This document shows positions 13,123 to 28,267 of a stretch of DNA of 64,000 bases, piece by piece (the stretch's first letter is position 1; every line of letters starts with the position of its first letter). Source of the stretch: Mobula hypostoma (taxonomy: Eukaryota); NCBI RefSeq assembly GCF_963921235.1, contig NC_086118.1:24244001-24308000 (forward strand), in the 5' to 3' direction. The notes below the pieces were generated by a model. It saw only the letters and a list, made by a program, of their open reading frames with translations, searched no databases and was not told where the DNA came from. A program made the position numbers and the translations under genes.

Positions 13123-14055
13123 AGAATTAGTTATTAAAGGACTTGGATTTCAACAGTGGCTGGTTACCAACATCTCTCCATCAGATTTAGTGTTTGGACA
13201 TTTTAAATGATTTATCTATGGGATATGCTTAATCTTCTACTCCAATACTCCTTATGATGGTCATTGTGAACTGCCTTTCTGAAATCTGTTATCTATTAAT
13301 TTAATTAAAAGCATGTGCACTAACTGGTGAAGTTATCTATATCATGAGGGAGCCAATCATGGAAAGTTGGTCATTACAAGCAGATCTTGATGTATTAGGA
13401 TAGTTACCTCATGTTTGGCAAATTGTGTTTAACTTAGAAAGGTGCAGTGTTGTTGTACGCTTGAGCAGATTAAATCTTGAATTTTCATGGACTCTGTGCG
13501 TAGAAGTGGTTGTTATAGTGTAAGAACCCAGAATGACCCAGGGCCATTACATATAAAGTTTTAGGTTGTACTTAGAGAACAATACACCATGCAATAATCA
13601 CATCAGAGCTTTGTTAGACCTACACTTCTCCAAAGGGTATGGGACTAGACTTTGGCTGAGGCTTACAAAGTAAGATTTGTGTAGAACAACTATTCTAACA
13701 GAATTGATTAGCTTACAATAGCCCATTCACTTTTGACATCAGCACCTAGGTCAAAGTTGGGTGCATCCATGACCATTTTGGTTGTAAACATTTCGTGGTG
13801 CACGAGGCTTGAAGCATAAATGTAATGTCTTTGTTTTGATGCTGCACCGGTGCACTGGGAAAGCACTGTATGCAAATGAAATCATTATGTGTGCATTTGT
13901 TCTCTACAAGCATGATTTGCAGCAAGAAGTTCCCGGTTAAATTTCCAGAGAAATTCAGACACTCTGTAATCATATTCTGGTCCAGGAGTTATCAATTTTC
14001 ATAAACACCACATATTTTAGGCATTTTTCTCTCACCAATGAAAAACAGAAATGTA

Positions 14056-14900
14056 GAACGAGAAACACAAGAGACTACAGATGCTGGAATCTGCAGCAAC
14101 AAACAATCTACAGGACTATCAGCATCTGCGGAAGGAAAGGAATTATCAACATCACAGGTCAAAACCCTTTATCAGGACTGAGAGTGGAGAGGAGGGATGG
14201 CCAGGTTAAGTGAGGGAGGGAGAGTGGTGAGGCAGGAGCCTGAGCTGATTGGTGATCTGTAAGTTGACATGAGGGTGAGGAAGGGAGGAGTGCAGTTAGA
14301 AATGGGTACTGCTTGCAAGATGAATTCCAAATAACTATTTCATCTTAGAAAACTTTGCCATGGTTGCTATTGGAAGGATAGTAGTCGAATTTGATACTGA
14401 GACTGGAAGTTCAATACCAAATTCTATAGCTTCTGGTAACCAACTTTTTCTGCCTATATCCAGACTGGTGATTTCTGTTATGTTTTCTGTCTGCAATATT
14501 AGCTCAATTTTCTCTCTCCACAGCCCTGCAACATACAACTTTTATATTCCTTCTTGCTGTTCTCATTCCCTCATGCTTTATCTGCTGGCTTTTGTCTATC
14601 CTCTCTGCCCCCAGTAAGCCGAGAAATGTAATAACCCCATCATCACTTTCCACTCCAGGTGATATACAAAAATTTAAGGTCACTGTCCCCATTGTCCAGA
14701 TAATCATTATGACTTAACACCATGGCAATTCTATCAGAGATGTTCTTAAAAGTAACTTGATATATATCTTCCCCAGTTCCAGCGAAGGGTCCTTGACTTG
14801 AAACACCAACTCTGTTTCTCTTTCCACAGATGCTAACTTGATAAGCATTTCCAGCATCTGCAGATTTCCTCGTGCCCAGCATTTTCTGTTCACTTCAGAT
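14056..14900. mobile_element. Decayed inverted pair of PLE pseudo-LTR-derived repeats
   Basis: Minus copy at ~14056-14300 (ctgataaagggttttgacc core remnant) and plus copy at ~14776-14900 (cagcgaagggtccttgacttgaaac). Confidence 0.65.
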
Positions 14901-16103
14901 TTCCCATGTCTATGGTGCTGTAACAGTGTTACGCTAACTGCTACACCACTGTTCTACCCAGATTTTCACTGGACTTACAGTAATTCTGGCTGAGATTGAA
15001 ATCAAGGGGAAGCAGTCCTGTATTGGAACATGGGGCTAATATGACCTTTTGGTATCTGAGATAAATGTTGGATTCCCTTCGGTCTGATCCTTATAAAACA
15101 CTGGTTAGGTCTCAGAAGCAGTGTGATCAGTTCTCAGCGCCACTATTTAGAAGGGTTTACGAACCCTCATAACAGGTAGAAATTTATTGAAATGAACCTT
15201 GATTAGACAGCTATGCGTAGAGATGGGAACAGCTGTAATATGAGAACATGAAAGGTAAAGAGGAGGTATGATAGTGACGTTTAAATCATAAAAAATGTTA
15301 GCATTAAAAACATATTAAACAAGAAAAAAATTAATGCTAATATCTGAAAATTTATCCCAGGACAAAGATTCAAGGACATTTTCCAAAAAAAAAGTGACAA
15401 GAGGAGTTGGACTTGTGATATGATGTACAAGGTTTTCGGCAGTGGTGAGAAGTGATTGAAGAGCAACAGTCAAAGAAAATCGGACAATCCTTGAAGGCAG
15501 AGCAATTAACAGGGCCACAGGAGCAGAGCAAGGGTGCAGGACTAACTTAACAGCTCTAATAAGCCCCTCTTCAGTGTTGTAACATTTTTTCATTCCAATT
15601 GGTCCTCGTAAAATAAATGTCTGTGAAAATGTCCGTGTGAGAAGTGGCGCACCACACAGTCTCTCTTGCTCAGCGACTTGTAAAAAGCCATGAAAAAGAC
15701 ATCATCACGGACGTACGCACAGACACGCAGTCGCACATGCACCGACGCGTACGCACGCAGACGCACAGACTCGCACACACGCAGGCACACGCCAAAAAAA
15801 AACAATTCATCTTTTTACGAAATAAAAATTCCTCAAAAAGATTACACGGCTTTGTGCCGTGGTGTTTATATGGGTTATGTTGTGTAAGGCTTCCTGAGTA
15901 CAGGTCAAGCTGAATGGATCTGTAGGCATCTGTCTGTGTTTAATATTTGTCAGTTTGTATCCTTGGTAGTTATATTGCCAATGAGAGGAAAAGAGACTTT
16001 GTGGGGTAACAGATTCCTTTCAAGAAAAAGCATTATTTTATTCACTGTGTTTGCTCTTCAGCTCACATGTATACTGCACGTTGAAACGTTCTTTCTTCAC
16101 TTA

Positions 16104-16259
<156 letters not shown>

Positions 16260-18644
16260 CTATAAAGCCAGAGCAAACATACAGGAGAGAAATCGTTTAT
16301 GTGATCCTTCATCATTTGCTGGGACTAGCTGCTTTTACATTGCATCAGGAGAACATGTATTCAGAAACCATAGCACCTGGCTTATTGATTTTATCAGCAG
16401 TAAAACACAACAAAATCACAACAGTAGTTTTTTCATCTCTAGGAAAAACTACCGTTTTTGTCTGCAATTTAGCTTTCACAATATTTTCGAGAAATAATCT
16501 CCAGCTAACCTTGGGGCTACATTGTTCTATATTTGCATCTGCTCATACTTTAGATAGGCAATCTACAGGTCAATATAATGGGTGATTACATTCTTTTTTC
16601 TCTACATATATACCATCTCCTTTCTAAATTTGTGAGGTTATCAAAGCGCAAAGTTGTTGCAGGGTTAATGTTAGAGTAATAGGTCAATACCCACGTATAT
16701 ACTGGTCACAGTGGGTAAATAATCTGTAGCTATTTTTAACAAATATGTAATACAGCCATCTCTACTGCAGTAAAATAACTTTCATTGGAAAAACATATGC
16801 AGGCCAGTTCCAAATGTCGTGTTTCCCATACTTTCAATGTTCAGTTAGTACTATTAAACATTATTGGGACAACTTCCACAGACTAAAAGATGATGAGAGA
16901 GACAAAATAATACTTCTCTTTAATGTTCCTTCATGCTTTATAATCTCAGGAATTTACTTTGCAATGCTTTAACTTTGTTTGCAGGAGTTGCTCCTCATTG
17001 CATTCCATTATTTTTTCTTAAAAACTTTCTGCGTCTGTACCAGCGTTGGTAATAATGTCTCCCAGTTCATCTTTGAGTTGAAACTTTTCAGGACCAAGCT
17101 ATCTCATGTCAATTGATTTAATTTTATTTACAAACAATTTTTATAAATACTATCTTGAGAACTAGATTCTCAATATCTCCCCTAGATACTTGGAGATATA
17201 AATTGCCACATTGCACAGTGTGGTATTGAAAGGTTCCATTCCAAATATGATCTGAGAGCCAAGGCTGTTGTCAAGACTAACAAGACTCCTAGAAGCACAA
17301 ACATGCTTAATAAAAAGGATGCAATGCTGTGACAAACTCTATAAGCAAAGTTAAAAGGTGAACAAACATGAGACTTCATGCAGAGATAAATAAGTTAAAA
17401 TCATGAAGGTACAACATTTGAAACCTGTTAAAAATTAAACAAAATTGTTAACAAAAAATAGGTTTACCATTGTGAAATGTTTAATACTTGAGGAAGCGAA
17501 TCTAAATACTGAGCGTAATTGAAATAAATAATAAATCTATTTTTCTCCCAGCAGCAGAATCAGTTTATCCTGTTACAGGTTCAGAGAGAAGACATCTCAG
17601 CTGAGAACTAGGATGTCTGTGGTAATACGTAGTGCCCTGTTTTACTGTACAAGTAATCTAGTACCTTAGCACAATGGCAGCTGGCAGCTGGCAGCCAGAG
17701 GGTGGAATTTGGCAACACCAGTTTATGACCTTCCTAGTTCTGGAAACTGTGACATCTACAGGGATGTCCAGGTAATTCCCTATACAGGACACAGGGCACA
17801 TGATTGAGATGTTTTGCAATGTCAGACATCTGATACTAAAGTACATTGTCATTATCATGGAATCCCAATAAAACTAAAAGTCAGTAGAAATCCATTTATT
17901 GGAGTCTTAATTTGTTCAAATGAAAAATAACTGCAGTTTTCTTCTTACGATATAGACTGAAATAATTTTGGCATACTATATCTACATTGGCTCACAGATC
18001 AATCCTACTCCCCTAAGCTAATCATGTTAGCCACCAGACAGAATTCCACAAATACCTCAGGCCAACGTTCTAAGGTCAGCAACGTTTAGCTGCTACATCA
18101 TTGACAATTCCTCCATCCAATGTCAGAAGTCGGTTGTTAGTTGAAAACTGGGCAGTATTCACAACTTCTCAAATGAGGAAGTAGCCCCTATCTGCATTCA
18201 GATTTAGACAGATAAGCAAAGTGATACTGTTGCCAGGGTGCAATCATCTACTGTGACAGAGAATCTAACCACGCTTACTCAAATTATTATTGTTGAATCC
18301 CTACAGCCCATAACTTGCGGGTCACCACTGACCATAAACGTAACTAAAACAGCCACATAAGTACTATGCTATAAAAGCTGTTCAGAGCCTACTAATTATG
18401 CATGACTCAACTCCAAAACCTTCACAGTTAAGTTCTCTGATATGCACCATTGCCTTCGATAATTGAGGCTCCTAAAAAATTTAAAGAAGGTCAGATCATC
18501 CCTCGATTGGCAGCTCATCTACCACAATTATCATTCATTCAAGACACTGCTGCACTCTGAGGATGCAAGGCCTACCATCTACAATATAGCAGATTCTAAG
18601 TACTTTCGAACATAACCTGCCAAAACTAAACTTTTCCTCTTAGA

Positions 18645-19715
18645 TGCAATTACAACGAAACCACGGCAGTTCTGCTACTTTCTTAGGAGTTTGCGGAGAT
18701 TTGTCATCACATCTAAAACTTTGACAAACTGCTACAAATCTGTGGTGGAGACTAAATTGACTGGCTGCATTACAGCCTGGTATGGAAACACCAATGTTCT
18801 TGAATGGAAAATCCGACAAAAAGTAGTGGGTACTTTATCAGTCCATTGCAGTAAAAGCATTCCCCACCACTGAGCACATCTGCATGAAATGCTGTCGCAG
18901 GAAAGTAGCATCCATCATCAGGGATTCTCACCACCCAAGGTATTCTCACTTCCTTCTGCTGCCATCAGGATGAAGTTACAGGAGCCTCAGATCTCACATC
19001 ATCAGGTTCAGGAACAGTTATTACTCCTCAACCATCAGGCTCTTGAACCAAAGGGGATAACTTCACTTAAACTCACTTGCCCCATCAATGAAATGTTCCC
19101 ACAACCAATGGACTCATTTTCAAGAACATTTTGTCTCATGTTCTCAATATTTATTACTTATTTACTTATTACTACTTTTCTCTTTTTTATATTTACATAG
19201 TTTGTTGTCTTCTGCACTCTGGTCGAACGCCCAAATTGGCCTGGTCTTTCATTGATTCTGTTATGGTTATTATTCTATAGATTTATTGAGCTTGTCCACA
19301 AGGAAATGAATCTCAGGGTTGTACATGATGACATATATGCCATCATGATCATTATGTGCCGTGTCCTATGATCATAATTATTCTTGACAAATTTTCCAGA
19401 AGTAGTAGTTTGCCATTGCCTTCTTCTGAGCAGGTCTTTACAAGACAGGTGACCCCAGCCATTTTCAATACTCTTCAGAGATTGTCTGGTGTCAGTGGTC
19501 GCATAACCAGGACATGATATGCACCAGCTGCTCATCCGACCTTCCTCCGCCTGCTCCCGTGGTCCATGAGACCCTGACTGGGGGACCAAGCAGGTGGTAC
19601 ATGTTGCCCAAGGGTGACCTTCAGTCTTGTAGAGCGAAGCAGCATCTTACACCTCCTTTGGTAGAAACGTATCCCCATCCTGCTCCCACATGTACTTCGA
19701 TAATAAATTTACTTT
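18645..19715 (+). mobile_element. Rex1/Babar LINE 3' fragment with nested SINE-like insertion (~19340-19690)
   Basis: LT.CITAWYGN motif; tail gataataaatttactttgaact; similar to 56577-57995. Confidence 0.75.
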
Positions 19716-19919
19716 GAACTTTTTGAACAATAGATACAGGCAGCAGAACTCATGTGAGTTACCCTCCCAATCAGATGACACCCTGATGTGTAAATACTAC
19801 CATTCCTTGATTTATGAAAGGGATATGTTCTCAGAAAACAGAATCAGGTTTATTATCACTGGCACATGTGGTGAAATTTGTTGTTTTGCAGCAGTACATT
19901 GCAATACAATAAATATATA

Positions 19920-20662
19920 CAGTGGATTCTGGTTAATTGGTCTATCAGTTAATCAGGGCAGCTGCTTATTTGGGACAGCTCTAAAAGAACGAAAACTAAT
20001 CAAGAAAACAGCGGGATTCCCTTCGTTTATTTGGGACGCTATGCCGCTTTATTGGGACAGGAGACTGGTGCCAGCTTTTAACTATCGTCAATCTTGTGAA
20101 CTTGGGTGGTCAGTAGGCACTACGTTATGCTTAGAAGGAATAGCTTTTAAATAGCATCAGTTGTGAATGTTTATGCTTAAATAGCAGTGCTTTTTGTCAA
20201 TAATGGCATGAAAAAAGGAATAAGGCAATTCATACCTGTTTTGCTCAGCACAGTTTCAAGCATTCAGGCTTGAAGATGTCAGAAATGGTCGGGAGTGAAA
20301 ATAAAATGACTTCACTACTTCAACAAGTTAAGAATTTTGAAGATATTCCAGGATGGACACAACAAGCCGCTCACCAGAGGAGCTACCCATCCCTGGACAT
20401 GGCAGCGTACATTGTATGAATTCCTCCGTCAATAACTATTAGGAACTACACACAGTTTTCTAGTACTAAAGCAGCAATAGCAATATTCTAATTTATTTTG
20501 TATTTCATTTAAATACATAATGTGTTACTCAGTTAAACAGTAGTTTGTCTTTTTTATACCTTCCTAACTATTTCCATGAAACTTCGGCTAACTGGGGCAG
20601 CCGCTTAATTGGGCCAAAATGTACTGGTTCTGATGTGTCCTAATTAACCAATTAATCCACTG
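19920..20662. mobile_element. Pogo/Tigger-like MITE inserted in a minus-strand Rex1/Babar 3' end (~19833-21165)
   Basis: TIRs cagtggatt...aatccactg with internal repeated ttaattgg(g) motifs; flanked by TA-rich sequence. Confidence 0.7.
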
Positions 20663-21275
20663 TGTTTAATTTTATTTTTATATATATATATAATTATATA
20701 CGAGGTGCAAAAAGAGAGGGGAGTAGTGAATTGTCTATTCAGAAATTTGATGGTGGAGGTTGAGTGTGTATCCTCAGGCTCCTGTACCTTTCTCTTGATG
20801 AACAATGAAAAGAGGGTATATGCCCAGCGTGATAAGGGTCCTTAATGATGGATGCCACCTTTCTGAGGCATCGCCTTTCGTAGGTGTCCTCGGTGCTGGG
20901 GAGACTCATGCCTATGATGGAGCTGGCTGAGTTTGCAACCTTCAGCAGCTTTTTCTGATCCTGTGCAGTGGCCTCTCCATACCAGATGGTAATCTAACCA
21001 GTTAGAATGGTCTTCACAGTACCTCTGTAAAAAATTGTGAGTGTCATTGGTGACATACCAATTTTCCTCAAACTCCTATGGCTGCCGCCATGCCTTCTTT
21101 ATAATTGCATCAATATTTTGAGCCCAGCATAGATCCTCGGAGATATTGGCACCCAGGAACACAAACTTTTCATGAAACTCAAATAAAAGCCACCCATTAC
21201 ACTTCAGCTAGTAAATGTCTAAAGACTTTTTGTTTCACAAAAGTAATGATATATTTATATAAGCAAATATTAACC

Positions 21276-22269
21276 TGTCATAAGGAATGGACCCAAGTGC
21301 AAGACACAGACACTGAAGTATTAGGGATAGGACTGGGATACAGGCTGAGGGCAAGGACATGGACACAAAAACCGGGAACCCGGAACAGGGCTGGACAAGA
21401 GAGCTAGGAGCCCGGGCTTGGACTCCGAGCCAGAGACTGGACAAGGACCCAGTACCTGGGTCTTGCCTCTGGCTCGGACCCCAGAACTAGGCAAGGACGA
21501 GGCTTGGCAGGCAGGCAGACAAGGCTGGAGTCTTCAGGCTTGAGGCTAGAGGCGAGGCTTGGCAAGAGGCAAGAGGCTGGAGACGAGGCTTGGCAGGCAG
21601 GCAGGACGAGGCTGGAGTCTTCAGGCTTGAGGCTAGAGGCTAGAGACAAGGCTTGGTAGGAGGCTTGAGGCTAGGCAGGAGGCTGGAGTCTTCAGGCTTG
21701 AGGCTAGGCAGGCTCCACCTGGGCAGGGTGCGGTTCTCCTGCGCAGGGCAGGGTTCTCCACCCGATGGAGGCAAGGGACAGGAAGGGACAGAACCAACTG
21801 CAGGTAATGGTAAGATGGCCTGGCTTACCTGACGGAGGCAAGGGACTGGAAGGGAGCTAGGTATGGGGTGGCTCCAGGACAAGACAGCAAGACAAGGCAA
21901 GGCTTCAGGCAATGCAAGGCAAGACAGAACTTCAGGCAAGGCGAGAGTTACCGGCAAGACAAGGCAGGGCTTCAGGCTTGCAAGGCGAAACGAGAACTTC
22001 AGGCGAGGCGAGAGTTACCAGCAAGACAAGGCAGGGCTTCAGGCCAGGAACAGAAGGCAGGGGAAGGGATACAAGGAGTAAGGACAAGAACAATCCAGCA
22101 GCCACACCCTGGTCTCTGAAGGTATTTATGCAGCCAGCCCCAACGAGCATCAGCTGCCTCAATTAGAGCTCAACAAGAACAGAAACAGGGTAGACAGGAA
22201 AACCTGGAGCAAGGGTCGATGGACTAGACCGTGAACCGGAATAGAGACTTCACGGACCTGACCATGACA
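21276..22269 (-). mobile_element. Solo LTR (Gypsy-like) with internal tandem repeats
   Basis: Termini TGTCAT...ATGACA; perfect 5-bp TSD taacc at 21271-21275 and 22270-22274; TATA-like CATAAATA on the minus strand near 22123-22130. Confidence 0.88.
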
Positions 22270-22393
22270 TAACCACATAATTGCCCATATACTCTTTAGG
22301 ACATAATGCAAAAATGCTTTTACAAATCTTAACTTTACTCCATGAAATTGAATAATTAGTGACTGTTATCAGAATTATTAACCCAAAGCATCA

Positions 22394-22642
<249 letters not shown>

Positions 22643-23304
22643 TTAAAATGACTGCAAGTAGATTCTACCTATTGATCTTTATTGGTTACTAGAAACTCAC
22701 CAATCACTTAGAACACCAATCTTTGTCAATTCTTTGTATTTTGCTTCCAAAGATTTTTTCCATCTTACTGTATAATCTTTGCTGTTATCATAGGTGAACA
22801 GCTTACTATCGTTGGATTCCTAATATTACATATTTTGAAGAAATTTTAAGATAATTTTTTAAATCTCATTGTTAAATTATTATGATAATGAATTAAGATG
22901 CATTAGATTTTGCATTAAGAGCTGAACATGACTCACTGCTATTATGCAGTAAATCAGATAAAAATATTGATAGAAGCACAGGAACCAAGGAGCTGCTTAT
23001 CAAATTTCCCCGCTCCTTCCCTTCCTTTTCCAGTCAATTTGATTGAATTCTCCCTATTCTTTCACACTAATGTTCTCTTTGAGATATTTGTCCATGGTCA
23101 GTTACAAAGAGATGTTATGGTTACAAGAATACAAGTGAATATTCTTTCTGCTAGTCATCATAAAATGTATGCATTTTGGTGCTTAGGTGCCACAAATGTA
23201 CAGTCATGCAAAAATTCGTAGTTAAGTTTATCCAAAAAAGAAAATGGAATTTATTTAGTAAAGAAGGTAACAACTCAGTAACTCAAAATTATTGCTTTAT
23301 CTTA

Positions 23305-23475
<171 letters not shown>

Positions 23476-25822
23476 TCAGTAAAAATTGAAATTGGGAAAA
23501 ATTTTACCAAAGCAAAATACCACCGATGCTGAACTCTGTAATAAAACAGTAAAATTCAGCATGTAATAGTAGCATGTAACATTCGCCAGGTCAAAAATGG
23601 CGTTAATGATTCAAGATGATGACATTTTATCAGTATGATCCATTTAACTCCAATAGATTTCAGTGAAAGTAAGCATCAGGTGCTTTCTACAGTCGGAAAT
23701 GGATCCACAGCTGCCTTATGCACAATTTTAGCCTACCTCAGTTTACAGTCATAAAAGATGCAAGATTTCCTACTTTTCTATGAAAATTAAAAAAAAAACT
23801 TGGAAGTATTGGAAATAAAAGTAGAAATTCCAGAAGGACTCAACAGGTGAGATGGAGTTAACCTTCCAAAACAAGTTATATTTGACAATCTGCCTGGACT
23901 TGGTGCCTGTGGGCCATGACCATCCGCATTTCTCCGGGAGGGGTGCAAACTGCTAAATCCTTCAGCCCATGCAGTGCAGCTGTGAGGCCAGTGTTCAGTA
24001 AACCTCAGGCAGTGTGCTGCTGAGCATCTCTTCTGCCAAAGCTGAAGAATTCTCTAATGATTTATAAAATGTTGCAGATAAATTTGCCACAACTTAAACA
24101 AACTGTCAAAAGTTATTTAAAACAACTTTTAACATACGAAGAAATGGTTAGAAATAAAACAAAAGCTCTTCAACTCAAACTCCAGATTTGGACTTCACCC
24201 AAACCAGTGGGGACTCTGTTCCCATACCAGATCAGAAGATCAACCTTTTCCCAACAAAAGTAAGCCCCTAGAAATTGTTACTTAATTCATCACCCCTTGA
24301 AGGCAATTACTGGTGTTCATCAGCCCACAGCTAAGTCTTAGTCTTAAGTAGACATGACCAATTGACTTCAAAAGTGCTAGCCATAGTCAACATGTTCAAT
24401 CTGCTATTACAGCAGAAGATCTGTCAGCAGAACAAAAAAAATGACTGAGCTAAAATGTTTCTGTCTGTATAGATGGGGCCTTACGTACTGAATATTTTCA
24501 TCAGTCTCTGATTTTGCTTTATGCATGTCCACAAATTTGAATACAATAGCAAACTGCAGACATTGGATATTGTGTTTTGATGGTGACACTTGGACAAAAA
24601 TAATAAAATATAATATGACATATCTGCATAAACTAATTTGTATGATAGTACAATAGGCATATTGATTATGACCAATCTCAACTTCAGACAGCTTCTCTAA
24701 TCTGACAATTTTTGATTTCATATATCTGGAGTCAGCCAACAGGCACCAGATTACTCTTGATACAGATGGTTGTTGTCTCTGTTACGGAAAAAAAAACTGT
24801 AGCGAGTCTTAATGTTAATCCTTTTATTGCCTCTTAGGTACTCTCTCATCTTGTACAATTTCCCCATAAATCAGACTAGATAGACATTAAATTTATCATT
24901 CACAGAGGAAAATTCACTTTTACCCAATTGATTTCAAATGATCATAAACCTCAGCCTCTTGGGGAAATCTATAATTTTATTAAAGATTTATAATTTTAAT
25001 TAGGCCATCAGATCATACTTGTCTGATACATAATTGTAGTTATCAGGCTGAAAGGATTCTTATGTTGAAATTAGGCTTCCATGTTTTACAAAAGGGGTTG
25101 TGGAAATAGATAAAATATTGAAAAAACAACTGATTGACAATTCCTACTCCCCAACACTCAAAAGAACATTAAAATGACAAGAACTCCATAAGTATCCCAC
25201 CATCATTTCATCCAAGTGGTAGACTTGTAGAATCATTCACTGAGTTAAACCTTACAATTCAGCCTGTATGTATCTACGGTCATTCAATTATTTTATCCGT
25301 TCCTTGGACATTATAATGGAGCTACTGGAAAATTCAATTTTAGTGACATAGGCTTCTGCACATAAATATCTTCATTGGACCACTGTATTAATATTTGAAA
25401 GGAATCATTGATGTAATGTAATCTATATAGAGCTATTTAAATTGTGGGAAGGCAGTTTTCAGTGAGTATTTAAACTCTATAACTTTACTGTAATTTCACA
25501 GTGGGCCTCAGAGATCTAATTAGTTATTAGTCCAAGATGATAGGGTAGAACCCTGGAATTTACTTGGTAAAATGGCTTCCCTAATATAACACTACTGCAT
25601 TCACAACAACATTAAACTTTAGTGTTGGTAAACTTCACTGCCCAATCCTGTTAACCTAAGCATATAAAATATAAAAATGACATGTAGTGCACTTAACTCT
25701 ATTCAGTATACAGAATTCAGTTTGACACTGGCTCTCTTTTTTCCATAACATTGCAGCTCTGAGATCATTCCTGAAAGTTTTTAATCAATAGTTTGGACTG
25801 TCATTTGAATTATTACTCTTAC

Positions 25823-25893
25823 GCAAGTTGGGCAATTGCCCTGTCCAAGTGTTTTCTCATTCTTCCTTGACAGGACTTGATACAATCAACTTC
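25823..25893 (-). CDS. TEKT3: Tektin-3 coding exon 3 (71 nt, EVDCIKSCQGRMRKHLDRAIAQLA)
   Basis: Acceptor TTTTTTGCAG|GAA, donor GC|GTAAGA; phase 0/2; follows an 88-nt intron. Confidence 0.93.
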
Positions 25894-25960
25894 CTGCAAA
25901 AAATAAAGCAAATATTATTCAAGGATCATACCAGAATATATCTGTAACAAATAAAGTCTA

Positions 25961-26092
<132 letters not shown>

Positions 26093-26809
26093 TCAAGAAC
26101 AATGTGTAAAACAAGTGGATCAGAAGCAAGACATTATGTGGCAGTTGATTTTTTATCATGTTGAACCATTACAGATTCCATTTAATTTCATACAGATTAT
26201 TCAATTTTAACACAACCATTCGAAAAATAATTCAAAAATCAGGAAAACCTGAAGAATGGATTTTTAAAAAATGACCACAAAGAAGTTTGATTATTTTTCT
26301 GAAGGCAAGACAGTCACAGAGCCCTGAGGTTGTACAACACAAAAAATGGGTCCTTTGACCACTATGTCCGGCTGAGAGTTCACCCATCTACGCAAACAAT
26401 TTGCCCATATTAAGCTTGTGCCTTGCACAGTTAAAATGCCTGTCTGAACCTCTCGCTGAAATGTGGTGATTGTATGTGACTTCATCATCTCTTGCGTCCC
26501 CAAGTCCACATATTAGCCATGCTGTGTAAAAAATAATCCTCTCAAGTCCCTTATAAGATTTCTTCCTCTCATTTTAACATATGTCCCCTTGTTTGTAATA
26601 CCCCTGCCATGGGAAGGGAAGATTATTTTAGCTGAATCCCACAAAGTGCAATTAAATGGAATGGCTTTGCCCTTTCCTCAAAGATGAGATTCTACTTTAT
26701 CCTGTAGTGAAAGGAAAAGGAAAATCAAATAAACCTGTTCTCTTTACTGTGCTGCAAAATAGGACAGTGGAGTTTCATCTTTCAAGAGGGTGAACTCTCG
26801 CAAGCCATG

Positions 26810-28267
26810 AGGCCCTACATAGTAAGGCTCTGAAAACTTGTGCCAACCAACTGGCTTCAGTGTTCAAGGACATCTTCAATCTCTCACTGCTGCAATCGGT
26901 GGTTCCCAACTGCTTCAAAAGGGCGACAATCATACTGGTACCTAAGAAGAGCAGGGTGACCTGCTTCAATGACTATCGCCCAGTAGCATTCATATCTACT
27001 GTGATGAAGTGCTTTGAAGGGTTGGTCATGACTAGAATCAAGTCCTGCCTAAGCAAGGACCTGGGCCTGCTGCAATTTGCCTGTCACTACAATATGATGC
27101 AATCTCACTGGCTCTCCATTCACCCTTGGATCATCTGAACAACAGTAATACCTACTTCAGGCTGCTGTTTATTGATTATAGCCCAGTGTTCAAAACAATC
27201 ACACCCTCAGTTCTAATTAACAAGCTCCAGAACCTGGACATCTGTACTCTCCTCCGCAAATGGATTTTTTCTTCTCCACTTGGAGACCACAGTTTGAGTG
27301 GATCAGAAATAACATCTCCTTCTCACTATCAACAGTGGCACACCTCGAAGATGTGTGATTTGCCCTCTGCTCTACTTTCTCTACACCCACGGCTGTGTGA
27401 GTAGGCACGGCTTAAGTGCCATCTATAAATCTGCCAATGACACAACTATTGTTGCCAAAGCTACAGATGGTGATGAGAAGGTACGCAGGAGCGAGATAGA
27501 TCAACTGGTTGAATTGTTCAACAGCTTTGCACTCTACATTTGTAAGACCAAGGAATTGGTTGTGGACTTCAGAAACAGAGCGCTCACCAGTCCTCATCAA
27601 GAGATTAACAGTGGAAAGTTTGAGTAGTTGCAAATTCGTGGGTGCAACATCTCTGACAATCAATCCTGGGCCCAACTTATTGACACAATTACCAAGAAGA
27701 CATGACATAGTTTATATTTCATTAGGAGTTTGAGGAGAATTGGTATGTCATCAAAGTCACTCGCAAATTTCTACAGATGTACCATGGAGAGCATTCTGAA
27801 TGGTTGCATCACCATCTAGTGTGGAGGGGCCTCTGCACAGGATCAGAAAAATCTGCAGGAAGTTGTAAATTCAGCCAACTCTGTCATGGGCATTAGTCGC
27901 TCCCCTTCAAGGACACCTTCAAAAGGCAATCCCTCAAAAAGGTGGCATCCATCATTAAGGACCCCCATCACTCAGGACCTGCCCTCTTTTCATTGCTACT
28001 GTTAAGGAGGAGGTACAGGATCCTGAAGACACACACTCAACATTTCAGGAACAGCTTCTCCTCCTCTGCCATTAGACGTCTGAATGGACAATGGATCCAT
28101 GAACACTACCTCACTATATTCTCCTCTCTTTTTGCACGACTTATTTAATTGTTTTTATATATACTTCTTATTGTAATTTATAGTATTTTTTATGCATGCA
28201 ATGTACTGCTTCCGCAAAACAACTAATTTCATGAGATGTGCCTGTGATGTTAAACCTGATTCTGATT
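26810..28267 (+). mobile_element. Rex1/Babar LINE, degenerate RT and 3' end
   Basis: VPKK...NDYRPVA...VMKCFE.LV, KTKELVVDFR and T..FRNSF motifs; tail taaacctgattctgatt. Confidence 0.88.

Noticed and set aside
21400..22060. Repeat-spacer pattern resembling a CRISPR array or a repetitive protein
   Set aside because: The context is eukaryotic, the intervening sequences are themselves repeated, and the block lies inside a solo LTR with a TSD.
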